Assembly: GCA_963803805.1 (NCBI GenBank)
Contig: CAWDOD010000004.1
Location: forward strand, 192,001-256,000
DNA: 64,000 bases
Direction: 5' to 3'
DNA from: an uncultured cyanobacterium
GTDB taxonomy: Bacteria > Cyanobacteriota > Cyanobacteriia > Cyanobacteriales > CAWCAG01
The notes beneath the pieces were generated by a model. It did no database searches. It saw only the letters and a program-made list of their open reading frames with translations, and was not told the DNA's origin. This document shows positions 51,456 to 61,127 of this stretch, piece by piece. Every line of letters starts with the position of its first letter. Within the stretch, counting starts at the first letter, position 1. Position numbers and translations under genes: made by a program.

Positions 51456-52136
51456 GTGCAAATACCCAGGTTTCCTGAATCTAATCATCCCCTAGTTAAA
51501 TCCCTATTCCACCATAGCGACGGGCAGTTGTTGACTTTGTTTCAAAACCATTCAGAACAAGGGAAATATTTTACAGCTATTTTCTGTCGCTACAGCCCCA
51601 TCGTCTACACCCTAATTTCCCATTCAGCACGATCTCCAGTGCAAGCAGATTATCTTTTTGCCTTAACCTGGCGGCATATTTCTCACGAGATGAGGGGTTT
51701 GGAATTACGAGGCGATGGTAAAGATGGAGTCAATTCGTTCCAAAATTGGTTGATTAATATGACAGCAGTTTGTATAAACCAAGCAACTCTGCCCCCCGTT
51801 GAATCAATTAATTATGATCTCAAAACAACACCGCCTCCATTATGGTGTTATTTGGAACAATCTTTAGATTTGCTGCCTCCCATCATCCGCTTAACCGTAT
51901 TGATGGCTCAAACTTTCCACTGGAGCGAAACTCGCATTGCTGCTTATCTCCAAGCAGAAGGGGAAATGATTTCCCCAGCAGAGGTACAAGATTATCTGAT
52001 TGAAGGCTATCAATTGCTAGAAGAAGGTTTGCCAGAAGATATCCAGGTTATTTATTTAGCACAACTAGAACAGAAACAGGAGCAAAATAGCAGCCAAGAT
52101 GAGCAGGAAGCTTTAGCTGTTCTGTTAGATTTGTAA
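51456..52136 (+). CDS. Sigma-70-like conserved cyanobacterial protein
   Basis: Region-2-like (RYSPIVY...ADYLFALTW...FQNWL) and region-4-like (LDLLPP..R...WSETRIA) segments. Confidence 0.7.
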   Translation: MQIPRFPESNHPLVKSLFHHSDGQLLTLFQNHSEQGKYFTAIFCRYSPIVYTLISHSARSPVQADYLFALTWRHISHEMRGLELRGDGKDGVNSFQNWLINMTAVCINQATLPPVESINYDLKTTPPPLWCYLEQSLDLLPPIIRLTVLMAQTFHWSETRIAAYLQAEGEMISPAEVQDYLIEGYQLLEEGLPEDIQVIYLAQLEQKQEQNSSQDEQEALAVLLDL

Positions 52137-52147
52137 CCGTAGCATCT

Positions 52148-53278
52148 ATGGGGAGCATTGAGAGAATGTTAGCAATTAAAAAAAATTTTGGTACTCATCA
52201 GCAAAGGAAAAAAACTAGTTCCTCAACCTTAGCTTTGGTGGGTACAACAGCAATAGCAATTCAAAGTGTCTTTTTATCTACAATTAACCCTCAAGTAGCT
52301 ACTGCACAAGATAATCTACAGGAACAACTAGATGTTTCCCCTTACAATGATACCCAAGGAATACTAAGAGATGAGGCTGATACCTTAGTTCGTGTCGGGG
52401 GAGAAGCTTACCGAAAAGGCAATCTCAACAAAGCTTTAGATTATTGGAATCAGTCCTTAAACCTCTACAGTCAAATTGGTGATGAAGAGGCTATGGGTTC
52501 AACCTATGGTTATTTAGGAGTCACCTACGGGCTGCTAGGGCGCTATAACGAAGCAGAAGATGCTTTTCGTCGCCGTCTTGGTTTAGCCCGCGATCGCGCT
52601 AATTTTCAAGGACAAATGTATGCCCTCAACAATCTAGGGATAGTATTGCTCTATCGAGGTAACCTCAGCGCCGCAGAGAAAGTTTTTCAAGAAGCTCAAA
52701 CCATCTCCAAAAGCATTAATAGTCAAGAGGGAGAAGCGATAAGTTTACGTAATCTAGGCTTACTAGCAGCGACTAGAGGAGAAGAAAATGAAGCTATTAA
52801 ACTCTATGAAGCAGCTTTAAGCTTGCAAAGCTTTGGTGAAGATCCCTTAGCAGAAGCAACTGCTTTCAATAACGCTGCCGATGCCTATTTTAATGCTAGG
52901 GAATACCAAGAAGCTTTAAGCCTTTATCGCATCGCCCAAGTTTTGGCTAAAGATAGTCGGGATGACAAAAACTATCTTCGCTCTGCTGCTGGAAGAGCAA
53001 AGACTTATGTTGGTTTAGGATACAACAAAGAAGCTTTCCGGTTGCTAGGAGATTGGATCACTGAAGCCCGGCAACAAGGGGATTTACGACAAGAAATAGA
53101 AGCGGTGAGCTTATCTGCAAAGCTATATTTAGCTTCGGGCAATTCCCAAGAAGCAACCAAGTTTTATAATCAAGCAGTTGCCTTAGCTGAAACCATAGGA
53201 GATGAAGAGCAAAAGACTGTGCTAATTAATAATTTGTCACAAGTGATTTATGGGTTTCCTTACAGAAGAAACCGCTAG
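52148..53278 (+). CDS. Exported TPR protein
   Basis: Signal-like segment ending ATAQ; repeated 40-aa TPRs (ALNNLG, SLRNLG). Confidence 0.85.
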   Translation: MGSIERMLAIKKNFGTHQQRKKTSSSTLALVGTTAIAIQSVFLSTINPQVATAQDNLQEQLDVSPYNDTQGILRDEADTLVRVGGEAYRKGNLNKALDYWNQSLNLYSQIGDEEAMGSTYGYLGVTYGLLGRYNEAEDAFRRRLGLARDRANFQGQMYALNNLGIVLLYRGNLSAAEKVFQEAQTISKSINSQEGEAISLRNLGLLAATRGEENEAIKLYEAALSLQSFGEDPLAEATAFNNAADAYFNAREYQEALSLYRIAQVLAKDSRDDKNYLRSAAGRAKTYVGLGYNKEAFRLLGDWITEARQQGDLRQEIEAVSLSAKLYLASGNSQEATKFYNQAVALAETIGDEEQKTVLINNLSQVIYGFPYRRNR

Positions 53279-53385
53279 GGAGCAATAATTTTAGTCCAAT
53301 AGGGAAATTGTCATAACTATTATCTTTTATTACCTGAGCCTAAGTAGTCTTGAAATCAAGATGTATTCTTCAATATTTTAGGGTC

Positions 53386-53667
53386 ATGAGCAAACCAGTA
53401 AAAAATCAAGATCATAGTTCAGCTTGGGTTTTTCAAACCTGGCTATCTTTCATCTTTTCTCTTTCAGCTACTACCATAGGAATAATTTATTTGCCTGTAG
53501 ATACCTGGACAAAAGGCTTTATGGGCATGGGACTAGCTTTTTCTGTCGGTTCTACAATTAGTTTAACTAAAACTCAAAGAGATATTCACGAAGGACAAAG
53601 ACTAAGTTCCAAAGTAGAGGAAGCCAGGGTAGAAAGAATTTTAAGTGAACATAATTTGATTAAATAG
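53386..53667 (+). CDS. YiaA/YiaB two-helix inner-membrane protein
   Basis: AWVFQTWLSF...GIIYLPVDTWTKGF.GMG...TKTQRD. Confidence 0.85.
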   Translation: MSKPVKNQDHSSAWVFQTWLSFIFSLSATTIGIIYLPVDTWTKGFMGMGLAFSVGSTISLTKTQRDIHEGQRLSSKVEEARVERILSEHNLIK

Positions 53668-53776
53668 TTAAGCAAGCTGTAAGGTATTAATCTTGTTTAA
53701 TGAGGAAAGTAATAAGCAAAAATATAATTTCCTATTGGTTATTCTATATTTCCTTTCATCATTAGCACTTAGCAAG

Positions 53777-54208
53777 TTAAAGATTTTTGTCTTTATCTTT
53801 TTGCTTTCTTTTAGCAACCAAAATAGAAGGAGCAGGAGGAAAACCTAAAGGTAAAACTATTTGATATTTCCTCTCCTCTTCTAACTGCTTTAGTTGGTCA
53901 TAATCAAGCCAGTGAATACAATTAACTGGACAAGTATCAATGGCTTCTTCAACTAAAACCTCTGAATCACCATTTTGATTAATTACCCGCGCTCGCCCAT
54001 AACTATCTTCTATATAAAAAGTGTTAGAGGCAGTATGGGCGCAATGCTTGCAACCAATACAAGTAGTCTCATCCACATAAACGCCTTTTTGCCGTAATTC
54101 TCCTCCCAACTCTGGCTCTAAACCGGAACGTTCTAAGTCTTCCCGTAATAGACTTCCTAATTCAGGTTCTAAACCAGAACGATTTGGCATTTGAGGAAAA
54201 TCTGACAT
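53777..54208 (-). CDS. Ferredoxin (bacterial type, Fer4_13/15-like)
   Basis: VYVDETTCIGCKHCAH...AIDTCPVNCIHW. Confidence 0.9.
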   Translation of the reverse strand: MSDFPQMPNRSGLEPELGSLLREDLERSGLEPELGGELRQKGVYVDETTCIGCKHCAHTASNTFYIEDSYGRARVINQNGDSEVLVEEAIDTCPVNCIHWLDYDQLKQLEEERKYQIVLPLGFPPAPSILVAKRKQKDKDKNL

Positions 54209-54594
54209 TACGCACTCCAGCGTTGAACGACTAAGCGAATTGAACCGTCTTCATTTTTTTGTTGTTGGGCAACTTGGAATCCTTGGTTAGAGGTTTCTTT
54301 AACCACAGTGTGGTAAGCGTAGCTTTGGGTAATACGCTTAAGAAAACCTTCTACTGATAAATCTTGTTGCCAATACTGTAAGTCCGCAACCATTTCATAC
54401 TCTTGGCCATTCCAGCTAAAACCAATATCGTAGTCGTTATTCTGCTCAACTACAACTTCTGCATTGCGGGTTTGGCCTTGATATCCTCTCACAGAACGAG
54501 GGCCAGATTCCCAATCAACACCTAATTCAGTTAAAGCAGCTTTTAAAGAATCAAGATTGCGAATTTGGGTTTTGATATTACTAAAATGTGACAT
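54208..54594 (-). CDS. ycf35: DUF1257 (Ycf35) protein
   Basis: MSHFS.IKT, DIGF.WNG..YE.VADLQYW, GSIRLVVQRW. Confidence 0.88.
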   Translation of the reverse strand: MSHFSNIKTQIRNLDSLKAALTELGVDWESGPRSVRGYQGQTRNAEVVVEQNNDYDIGFSWNGQEYEMVADLQYWQQDLSVEGFLKRITQSYAYHTVVKETSNQGFQVAQQQKNEDGSIRLVVQRWSA

Positions 54595-54639
54595 AAGTTT
54601 TGGGCTAAATTAAGGTTTTAAAAGTGAGTTGTTAAAAAT

Positions 54640-54852
54640 TCACCAGTCGCTGAAACTTTTTTGGTAATTGTTTTGTGAGGCTGATATGGTTTGTTTTGAG
54701 GCGAAATACTCCGATGTCTTTTCTACAGACATCACTTGACCTAATTGCGCTTCAATGGCTTTGGTAACTTCGCTACAAGAACAACCAACAATACCAGTTA
54801 CTTTCTCTTGTACCCGACCATCGGGATAAATAATGAACTCTAGGGTTTCCAT
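54640..54852 (-). CDS. DUF2997 protein
   Basis: METLEFIIYPDGRVQEKVTGIVG.SC.EVT..IE..LG; DUF2997-DUF1257-ferredoxin gene order. Confidence 0.87.
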   Translation of the reverse strand: METLEFIIYPDGRVQEKVTGIVGCSCSEVTKAIEAQLGQVMSVEKTSEYFASKQTISASQNNYQKSFSDW

Positions 54853-55482
54853 ACTTATGGCTAAATGGGTTAGCAAGCCTCTTTTTACAAGGCAGGGATA
54901 TTGCTTCTCACAGAAAACCAATATCTATATTTTTGAGAATCCAAGAAGTGAAAATCTTTGTAACTCTCAGGAAAGTTTAGCAAAAATTAATAATTACAGA
55001 GTATTTTACTCCTTTTTTGGCTAAGTTTCACCTAATTTTTCTAATCAGTCAAGGTAAATTAACTGCAAAACTCTTTTGTTTTAACAAATCGATACAAAAA
55101 AATATTTGCTCATTGATATCAATTACAAAGAAATTTATTCACCCCGATGCTAAGAGAATATATTTTTGCCCAAAAAATCAGCAATCTGACTGGAAGTGGA
55201 ACTGTCGATCTAGGCTATTGGTTTATTCAAAAACTTCTACCTGGCGGCAAAATAGGAGAAGAGACAGACAAAAACCAATGGGATGAGGGGTATGAAGTTT
55301 GTGTCCCCTTCCAGATAGATGAGAGTCAGGTTTAGACCATATAATCTCAGAATCACTAAGTTCAGAGGTAAGAGTTAGTGCTATACCTATTCCGGATGAG
55401 GATTTAGAAAATTTGACCAGCGATGCTCACTTAGCATTGTTTGCTCATGTTGAGTTTCTCAGACGAGAAGATGATAATTAAC

Positions 55483-55567
55483 CTATGGAGACAACCTCCT
55501 ATTTACTTAGGGCGTGGTCGCCCCAAAAAGGCATGGTGATAAATTCAAGCTCAATGATATAAAATCC
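55483..55567 (+). pseudogene. Short transposase relic (IS701-like/DDE, cyanobacterial type)
   Basis: Translates with one frameshift to LWRQPPIYLGRGRPKK/HGDKFKLNDIKS, matching a PPxYxGRGRPxKHGxKFKLND motif I recall from cyanobacterial transposases. Confidence 0.65.
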
Positions 55568-55683
55568 GTTTGAACAGCCATGGTTAAAGTGTGAGGAGTT
55601 TTATATGATTCGAGTACTTGGGGTGATGCTAGAGAAGGTGTTAGGAAGTGCCAACGTCTGTAAGAATTGAGAAATAATAGCTA

Positions 55684-56430
55684 ATGATATTATCTGGTCA
55701 TACAGTATTAATTACTGGTGGTAATTCGGGAATCGGACTAGCGCTCACTCGACAATTTTATCAAAAAAATAATCGAGTAATTATTTGCGGTAGAAATCTA
55801 GAAAGACTGAATCTGGCTAAAGAAGAAATGAGTCAAATTGAAGTTATACAATGCGACTTAGCTCAAGAAAAAGATATTAATAATTTAGTAACCACAATCG
55901 AACAAAACTTTTCCAATCTATCCATTTTAATTAATAATGCGGGAGTTCAACTCAACTATCAATTTATTCATGCAGATCGAAAACAAATTCTGCGCGATTT
56001 AGACTGGGAAACTCAAATTAACTTTAATGCCCCAGTTAAGCTTATAACTCTCTGTTTACCTATGTTACGTCAACATTCCGAAAGTGCAATACTCAACATT
56101 TCTTCGGGTCTAGCTTTAACTCCCAAAACTAGCGCACCTATTTATTGTGGGACAAAAGCAGCTTTACACATATTTAGCAAATCTCTTCGCTATCAAATGG
56201 AAGAAGATTCTCCTAATATAAAGGTCTTTGAGGCTATTTTACCTCTAGTTGATACAGCAATGACCAAAGGGAGGGGAAAAGGGAAAATCAGACCAAAACA
56301 AGTAGTAGATGAAATAATGCAAGCAATGACAAAAAATAATTACGAAATTAAAATAGGAAAAGTGAAATTATTAGTGTGGCTAAATCGTTTAATTCCCTCG
56401 TTGGCGGAAAGTATTCTCCGTAAAAGTTAA
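55684..56430 (+). CDS. Short-chain dehydrogenase/reductase (DltE-like)
   Basis: TGGNSGIG, NNAG, SSGLA, YCGTK, PLVDT.MT. Confidence 0.92.
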   Translation: MILSGHTVLITGGNSGIGLALTRQFYQKNNRVIICGRNLERLNLAKEEMSQIEVIQCDLAQEKDINNLVTTIEQNFSNLSILINNAGVQLNYQFIHADRKQILRDLDWETQINFNAPVKLITLCLPMLRQHSESAILNISSGLALTPKTSAPIYCGTKAALHIFSKSLRYQMEEDSPNIKVFEAILPLVDTAMTKGRGKGKIRPKQVVDEIMQAMTKNNYEIKIGKVKLLVWLNRLIPSLAESILRKS

Positions 56431-56763
56431 ACACTAAGTTATCCTTAAAATTTTTATTGTCACTTTCTGCTCGTGTTTTTTATATTATTAAAAAGTAATC
56501 AAAAAGCGGTTCTACCGAACTTAGGATGTAAAATTAGCAGTTGAAATGCCAAGTCCACAGGACTTACGCAAAAGACATCTCCAGGAAAGAGGGAGCAGGG
56601 AGCAGGGAGCGGTGGAGAATAATTTTGGTAGAAATAGTTACTTGGAACGGAGTTAGGTTAATTTATTGGGGCAATTGCTAAAAAATTTGATCTGATCTAG
56701 AGAAAACGGAGCCAGCCACTAGATAATAAGAATCTATCTAGATCGAGTCGGGAGTAAAGAATA

Positions 56764-57766
56764 ATGAGTGCAGATACAGTTACTGATAAAATCAAAGTTG
56801 GCGTTCTCGGATTTGGTGGCTTAGGCCAGGCTGGGGCTAGAATATTAGCTTCCAAACAAGAACTTACTTGGGTGGCAGCCGCAGATCTCAAAAGCTACGC
56901 TTATAACCCTCAAGGTTTAGATTCAGATACTTGTATTAATGTTTGTCAATCTCAAGGCTCTCTTGGCTATTTGGAACCTTATGGAACTTTTAGTAATGAT
57001 AGTATTGCAGACTTACTCTCTAATTCTTCTGTAGAGGGATACTTCCTGGCTTTACCAAATTTGCCTAACACTTTTATGGCATCTGTTGCCAAACAGTTTA
57101 TTAATTCTGGCTGGCAAGGAGTATTAGTTGATGCCCTCAAACGCACTAGTGCCATGGAGCAAATTTTAACCTTAAAAGAAGAATTAGCCCAAGCCGGCAT
57201 AACTTACTTAACTGGTTGTGGTGCTACTCCAGGGTTGCTAACAGCAGCAGCAACTATTGCTGCTCAAAGCTACGTAGAAATTCACCAAGTAAAAATAACC
57301 TTTGGGGTAGGAATTGCTAACTGGGAAGCCTACAGAGCCACAATTAGAGAAGATATAGCCCATTTACCAGGCTATGATGTAGAACAAGCCAAGGCTATGA
57401 GTGATTCTGAAGTGGAGGCTTTGTTAGATAAAACTGAGGGTATTCTTAGCTTAGAGAACATGGAACACGCTGATGATGTGATGTTAGAATTGGTTGGTAT
57501 TTGCCCTCGCGATCGCGTCTTCGTTGGTGGTATTGTTGATACTCGTAATGCTCAAAAGCCCTTAAGTACCAATGTGCAAATCACAGGTCGTACTTTTGAA
57601 GGCAAAACTTCTACCCATACCTTTACCCTTGGGGACGAAACTAGTATGGCAGCCAATGTCTGTGTGTCCAGCTTTTGGTTATCTTAAAGCAGGAATTTCT
57701 TTACACAGACGCGGTATCCACGGTTTATTTACCGCAGCCGAGATCATGCCTCAGTTTGTTAAGTGA
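56764..57766 (+). CDS. bioU: (S)-8-amino-7-oxononanoate synthase BioU, 1-nt frameshift near 57665
   Basis: [55 protein letters not shown]-terminus PAFGYLKAG...MPQFVK is in the adjacent frame. Confidence 0.85.
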
Positions 57767-57928
57767 TACTAGACTCTGTTTACTAGCACAGGTTATTTGT
57801 GAGGGGAGCAAGGATTGGAGCAATTTATTCCTAGATCTTATGGCGCGGGACTATCATAACCGGATTTGTATGAGGAAGGGGGGATGAATATTTAACCTAA
57901 CAATTAGCTATTAGCCATTAGCAAATTA

Positions 57929-58519
57929 CTAACCCTCTAACATCTCTTCTGTCGGAAAAATCTCCTCCATTTCCTCTTCTGCTAACAAATCAGGAGTCTG
58001 AATAACAAAGGGCAGACAAGCTCCTGCCAAGCCTTTTTTGATTCTAGTTGGAGTCTCACCAAAAACAATAAAGAGAGGATAAACGCGATCTGCTCCCTCA
58101 CTAAGAATGTGTTGGTGGCGTAGAGGCATCAACCATTCATAATCTTTATCTAACCAAACTTGAGTCTGTCGCCAACGACCTAATAACTGGGAAAAATCTT
58201 CTTGGGGGCGATGAATAAATAGTAGTATTTCTACCCCCATTTTGATTTTCCATTCTGGATCGCACATGACAATTGCCAGATCGCAAGGCAAACCCAAGGT
58301 TTGTTCAGGAAGGGTGATATGATTCCCAAAACCTTGAGAGGCATCAAATTTACGAATCCTCACAACTGGTAAAGGGATCGTAATCACGCTTTCATCGGGG
58401 CGGCGCATACTAGGAATCATCTCTAAATAGGGACGATGATTTTTTAAAAGAGCGATCGCCGCTTCATGATTGCTGTATTCAGCTAGTAGGGCTTCATAAT
58501 GTACTTGCTTAACAGGCAT
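57929..58519 (-). CDS. Conserved hypothetical protein directly downstream of pilC
   Basis: 196-aa ORF starting 7 nt after the pilC stop; acidic tail. Confidence 0.75.
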   Translation of the reverse strand: MPVKQVHYEALLAEYSNHEAAIALLKNHRPYLEMIPSMRRPDESVITIPLPVVRIRKFDASQGFGNHITLPEQTLGLPCDLAIVMCDPEWKIKMGVEILLFIHRPQEDFSQLLGRWRQTQVWLDKDYEWLMPLRHQHILSEGADRVYPLFIVFGETPTRIKKGLAGACLPFVIQTPDLLAEEEMEEIFPTEEMLEG

Positions 58520-58526
58520 AATTTAA

Positions 58527-59741
58527 TTAACCTAAGTCTTCAAATACCTTAAACATTGGTAAATACATAGAGAGCAAAATTGTTCCTACCATACCTCCCA
58601 AAACTACCATCATGATTGGTTCAAGAATACTAGTAAGAGCTTTAACAGCTTGTTCTACTTCATCTTCATAAAAATCAGCTACTTTCATGAGCATGGCATC
58701 TAATTCCCCTGTTTCTTCCCCAATACTAATCATTTGAATCGCCATTAAAGGGAAGACATTATCTTTTTGTAGAGCGAGGCTAATCATGCCCCCTTGTTGA
58801 ATCTCTGCCCTGGCTGCATCAATGCTATTAGCAATTACTTGGTTGCCAGCAATATCTCGAACAATTTCTAAACTACTAAGGATAGGTACACCAGAACGAG
58901 TTAAAGTACCAAATACGCGGGTAAAACGGGCTACTGCTGATTTTTCTACTAAGTCACCAAAAATAGGTACTTTTAATTTCAGTTTGTCAATTTGTAAGCG
59001 ACCTACTGGAGTTTTGTAGTACTGACGCAAAACAAAAACAAAAACAAAAATGGCAATAAAAGGAATAACTATCTTCCAACTTCTTAAGAACTTACTAATC
59101 ATCAACATAACCTTAGTAAGGAGAGGTAATTCTGTACCAATTTCCTCAAAAATTCCGGCAAACACAGGAATCAAAAACATGGTCATTGCTAGGAAAATGA
59201 TGATTGCCAAAGCTCCTACCACCACAGGATAGGCCATGGCAGATTTAATTTGGTTTTGTAACCGAGCAATGTCTTCTAATACCTTAGAAAGGCGGTTGAG
59301 AACTTCATCTAAAACACCCCCTGTCTCTCCTGCTTGCACCATACTTACATAAAGATGGTCGAAACATTCAGGATGTTTAGCCATGGCAGAGGAAAGATCG
59401 TTCCCCTGCTCAACATCTTTACTGATTGCCAACAAAGATTTTTTAAGCTTGGAATTAGAACATTGATCTGCTAACACTCCCAGACATCTAACCATAGCCA
59501 CACCAGCGTTAACCATGGCGGCAAATTGGCGAGAAAAGATGGCTTTATCTTTAATAGAAACAGAAGTAATTAGCTGTTCTATAGAAGATAAATCTAGATT
59601 GATACCCGCTTTTTTAACTTTAAGAACTAAAGGATATCTATTTTGGAGAATACTACGGGCCTGTTCTTCGGAAACAGCATCTACTTTTTCTTTAGTAGCA
59701 TTTCCCGCCGCGTCTTGAACATCAACAATAAAGGTAGGCAT
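58527..59741 (-). CDS. pilC: Type IV pilus platform protein PilC
   Basis: FSRQFA.MV.AG, AGETGGVLD, SAMAYP, GEETGELD, LEP. Confidence 0.96.
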   Translation of the reverse strand: MPTFIVDVQDAAGNATKEKVDAVSEEQARSILQNRYPLVLKVKKAGINLDLSSIEQLITSVSIKDKAIFSRQFAAMVNAGVAMVRCLGVLADQCSNSKLKKSLLAISKDVEQGNDLSSAMAKHPECFDHLYVSMVQAGETGGVLDEVLNRLSKVLEDIARLQNQIKSAMAYPVVVGALAIIIFLAMTMFLIPVFAGIFEEIGTELPLLTKVMLMISKFLRSWKIVIPFIAIFVFVFVLRQYYKTPVGRLQIDKLKLKVPIFGDLVEKSAVARFTRVFGTLTRSGVPILSSLEIVRDIAGNQVIANSIDAARAEIQQGGMISLALQKDNVFPLMAIQMISIGEETGELDAMLMKVADFYEDEVEQAVKALTSILEPIMMVVLGGMVGTILLSMYLPMFKVFEDLG

Positions 59742-59888
59742 GGTTCAAAAGAAAGAGGAAATTAATTATTTTCCAGACTTAATGTCATGACTGGATAAAA
59801 TTTATACTTGAGTCTTAGTTTTAATAAAATGTAAGAGAGAAAAGGGCTGAATAAAAAACAAATACCATTTTCCCTCTTGAAAAACTCT

Positions 59889-61034
59889 TTAACGTCTTGC
59901 CGCCCTAGCACCAGCCGCTGCTGGACGAGCTTTTGCCCCTGCGGCTGCTGCACCAGCCCCACCAACCAGGCGCTGTAATTCGTCAGGTTTACCACTTTTG
60001 GATACTGCTTCTTCAAAAGAAACTGTGCCATGCCGAACTAAGTTAGCTAAACACTGTTCCATAGTCTGCATTCCGATTTTGGAACCAGTTTGAATAGAGC
60101 CATAGATTTGAGAAGTTTTGCCTTCCCGAATTTGGTTAGCAATACCTGGGGTAACGATCATAATCTCTTGGGCCATAATCCGACCAAACTCCCCTGGTTT
60201 AGGACTTTTCTTTTTCGCTAAGCATTGACTGAAAACAGCAACCAAAGATTGGGAAAGTTGGGCCCGTATCTGTCCTTGTTGTTCTGGAGGGAAAACATCG
60301 AGCATACGGTCAACGGTACCAGCAGCAGAGTTGGTGTGTAGAGTACCAAAGACTAAGTGACCTGTTTCCGCAGCAGAGATGGCTAGGCTGATGGTTTCCA
60401 AGTCGCGCATTTCTCCAACTAAGATCACGTCAGGATCTTGTCGCAAAGCACCTTTAAGCGCGTTAGCAAAGCTTTTAGTGTCTTCACCTTTTTGGCGCTG
60501 GTGGAATAAACTCTTGACGTTAGGGAAGACGTATTCAATAGGATCTTCTACTGTGAGTACGTGTTCTGCTCTGGTACGGTTGATCAAGTCCAACATCGCT
60601 GCCATGGTGGTGGTTTTACCAGAACCTGTTTGTCCTGTAACTAAAACCATACCTCTCGGTCTTTCTGACATTTCCCTAACCACATCAGGCAAACCTAATT
60701 GGTTAAAGTCAGGGATCTTAGAAGATAAAGCCCTTAAGCAAGCAGCATAGCAACCTCGCTCTTTATAGACGTTAACGCGGAAGCGGGCTAAACCCTTAAC
60801 TCCATAGGAACAATCTAACTCCCAGTTTTGCTCCAAATCTTTACGCTGCATATTATTGAGCATACTAAAGATTAGTCTTTGACAATCTTGGGGAGAAAGC
60901 ACTTCTTCGTTAATGGGAGCAAGCTTACCACTAGCACGGAAATAAATAGGCGCACCAGCTTGAATATGCATATCAGAGCCGCCCATTTCTACTAGCTGCT
61001 CCATCAAATCTTCAATCATCATATCCATCGCCAT
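59889..61034 (-). CDS. pilT: Type IV pilus retraction ATPase PilT
   Basis: GQTGSGKTTT, EDPIEY, LRQDPD..LVGEMRD, AETGHLV.GTLHT, GMQTM. Confidence 0.97.
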   Translation of the reverse strand: MAMDMMIEDLMEQLVEMGGSDMHIQAGAPIYFRASGKLAPINEEVLSPQDCQRLIFSMLNNMQRKDLEQNWELDCSYGVKGLARFRVNVYKERGCYAACLRALSSKIPDFNQLGLPDVVREMSERPRGMVLVTGQTGSGKTTTMAAMLDLINRTRAEHVLTVEDPIEYVFPNVKSLFHQRQKGEDTKSFANALKGALRQDPDVILVGEMRDLETISLAISAAETGHLVFGTLHTNSAAGTVDRMLDVFPPEQQGQIRAQLSQSLVAVFSQCLAKKKSPKPGEFGRIMAQEIMIVTPGIANQIREGKTSQIYGSIQTGSKIGMQTMEQCLANLVRHGTVSFEEAVSKSGKPDELQRLVGGAGAAAAGAKARPAAAGARAARR

Positions 61035-61127
61035 TGATTTCTCTCCTTTAGTTATTGTTTTGATGAGCAGAAAATCTTTTGCTACTAGCCTTCCCGGTTT
61101 CCTGCTTTTTTATGACTGCATTCTTAA

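Noticed and set aside
16727..57766. Programmed frameshifting or genome erosion as the cause of the split genes
   Set aside because: No slippery heptamers at the junctions and no further lesions; assembly error is more parsimonious, though untested
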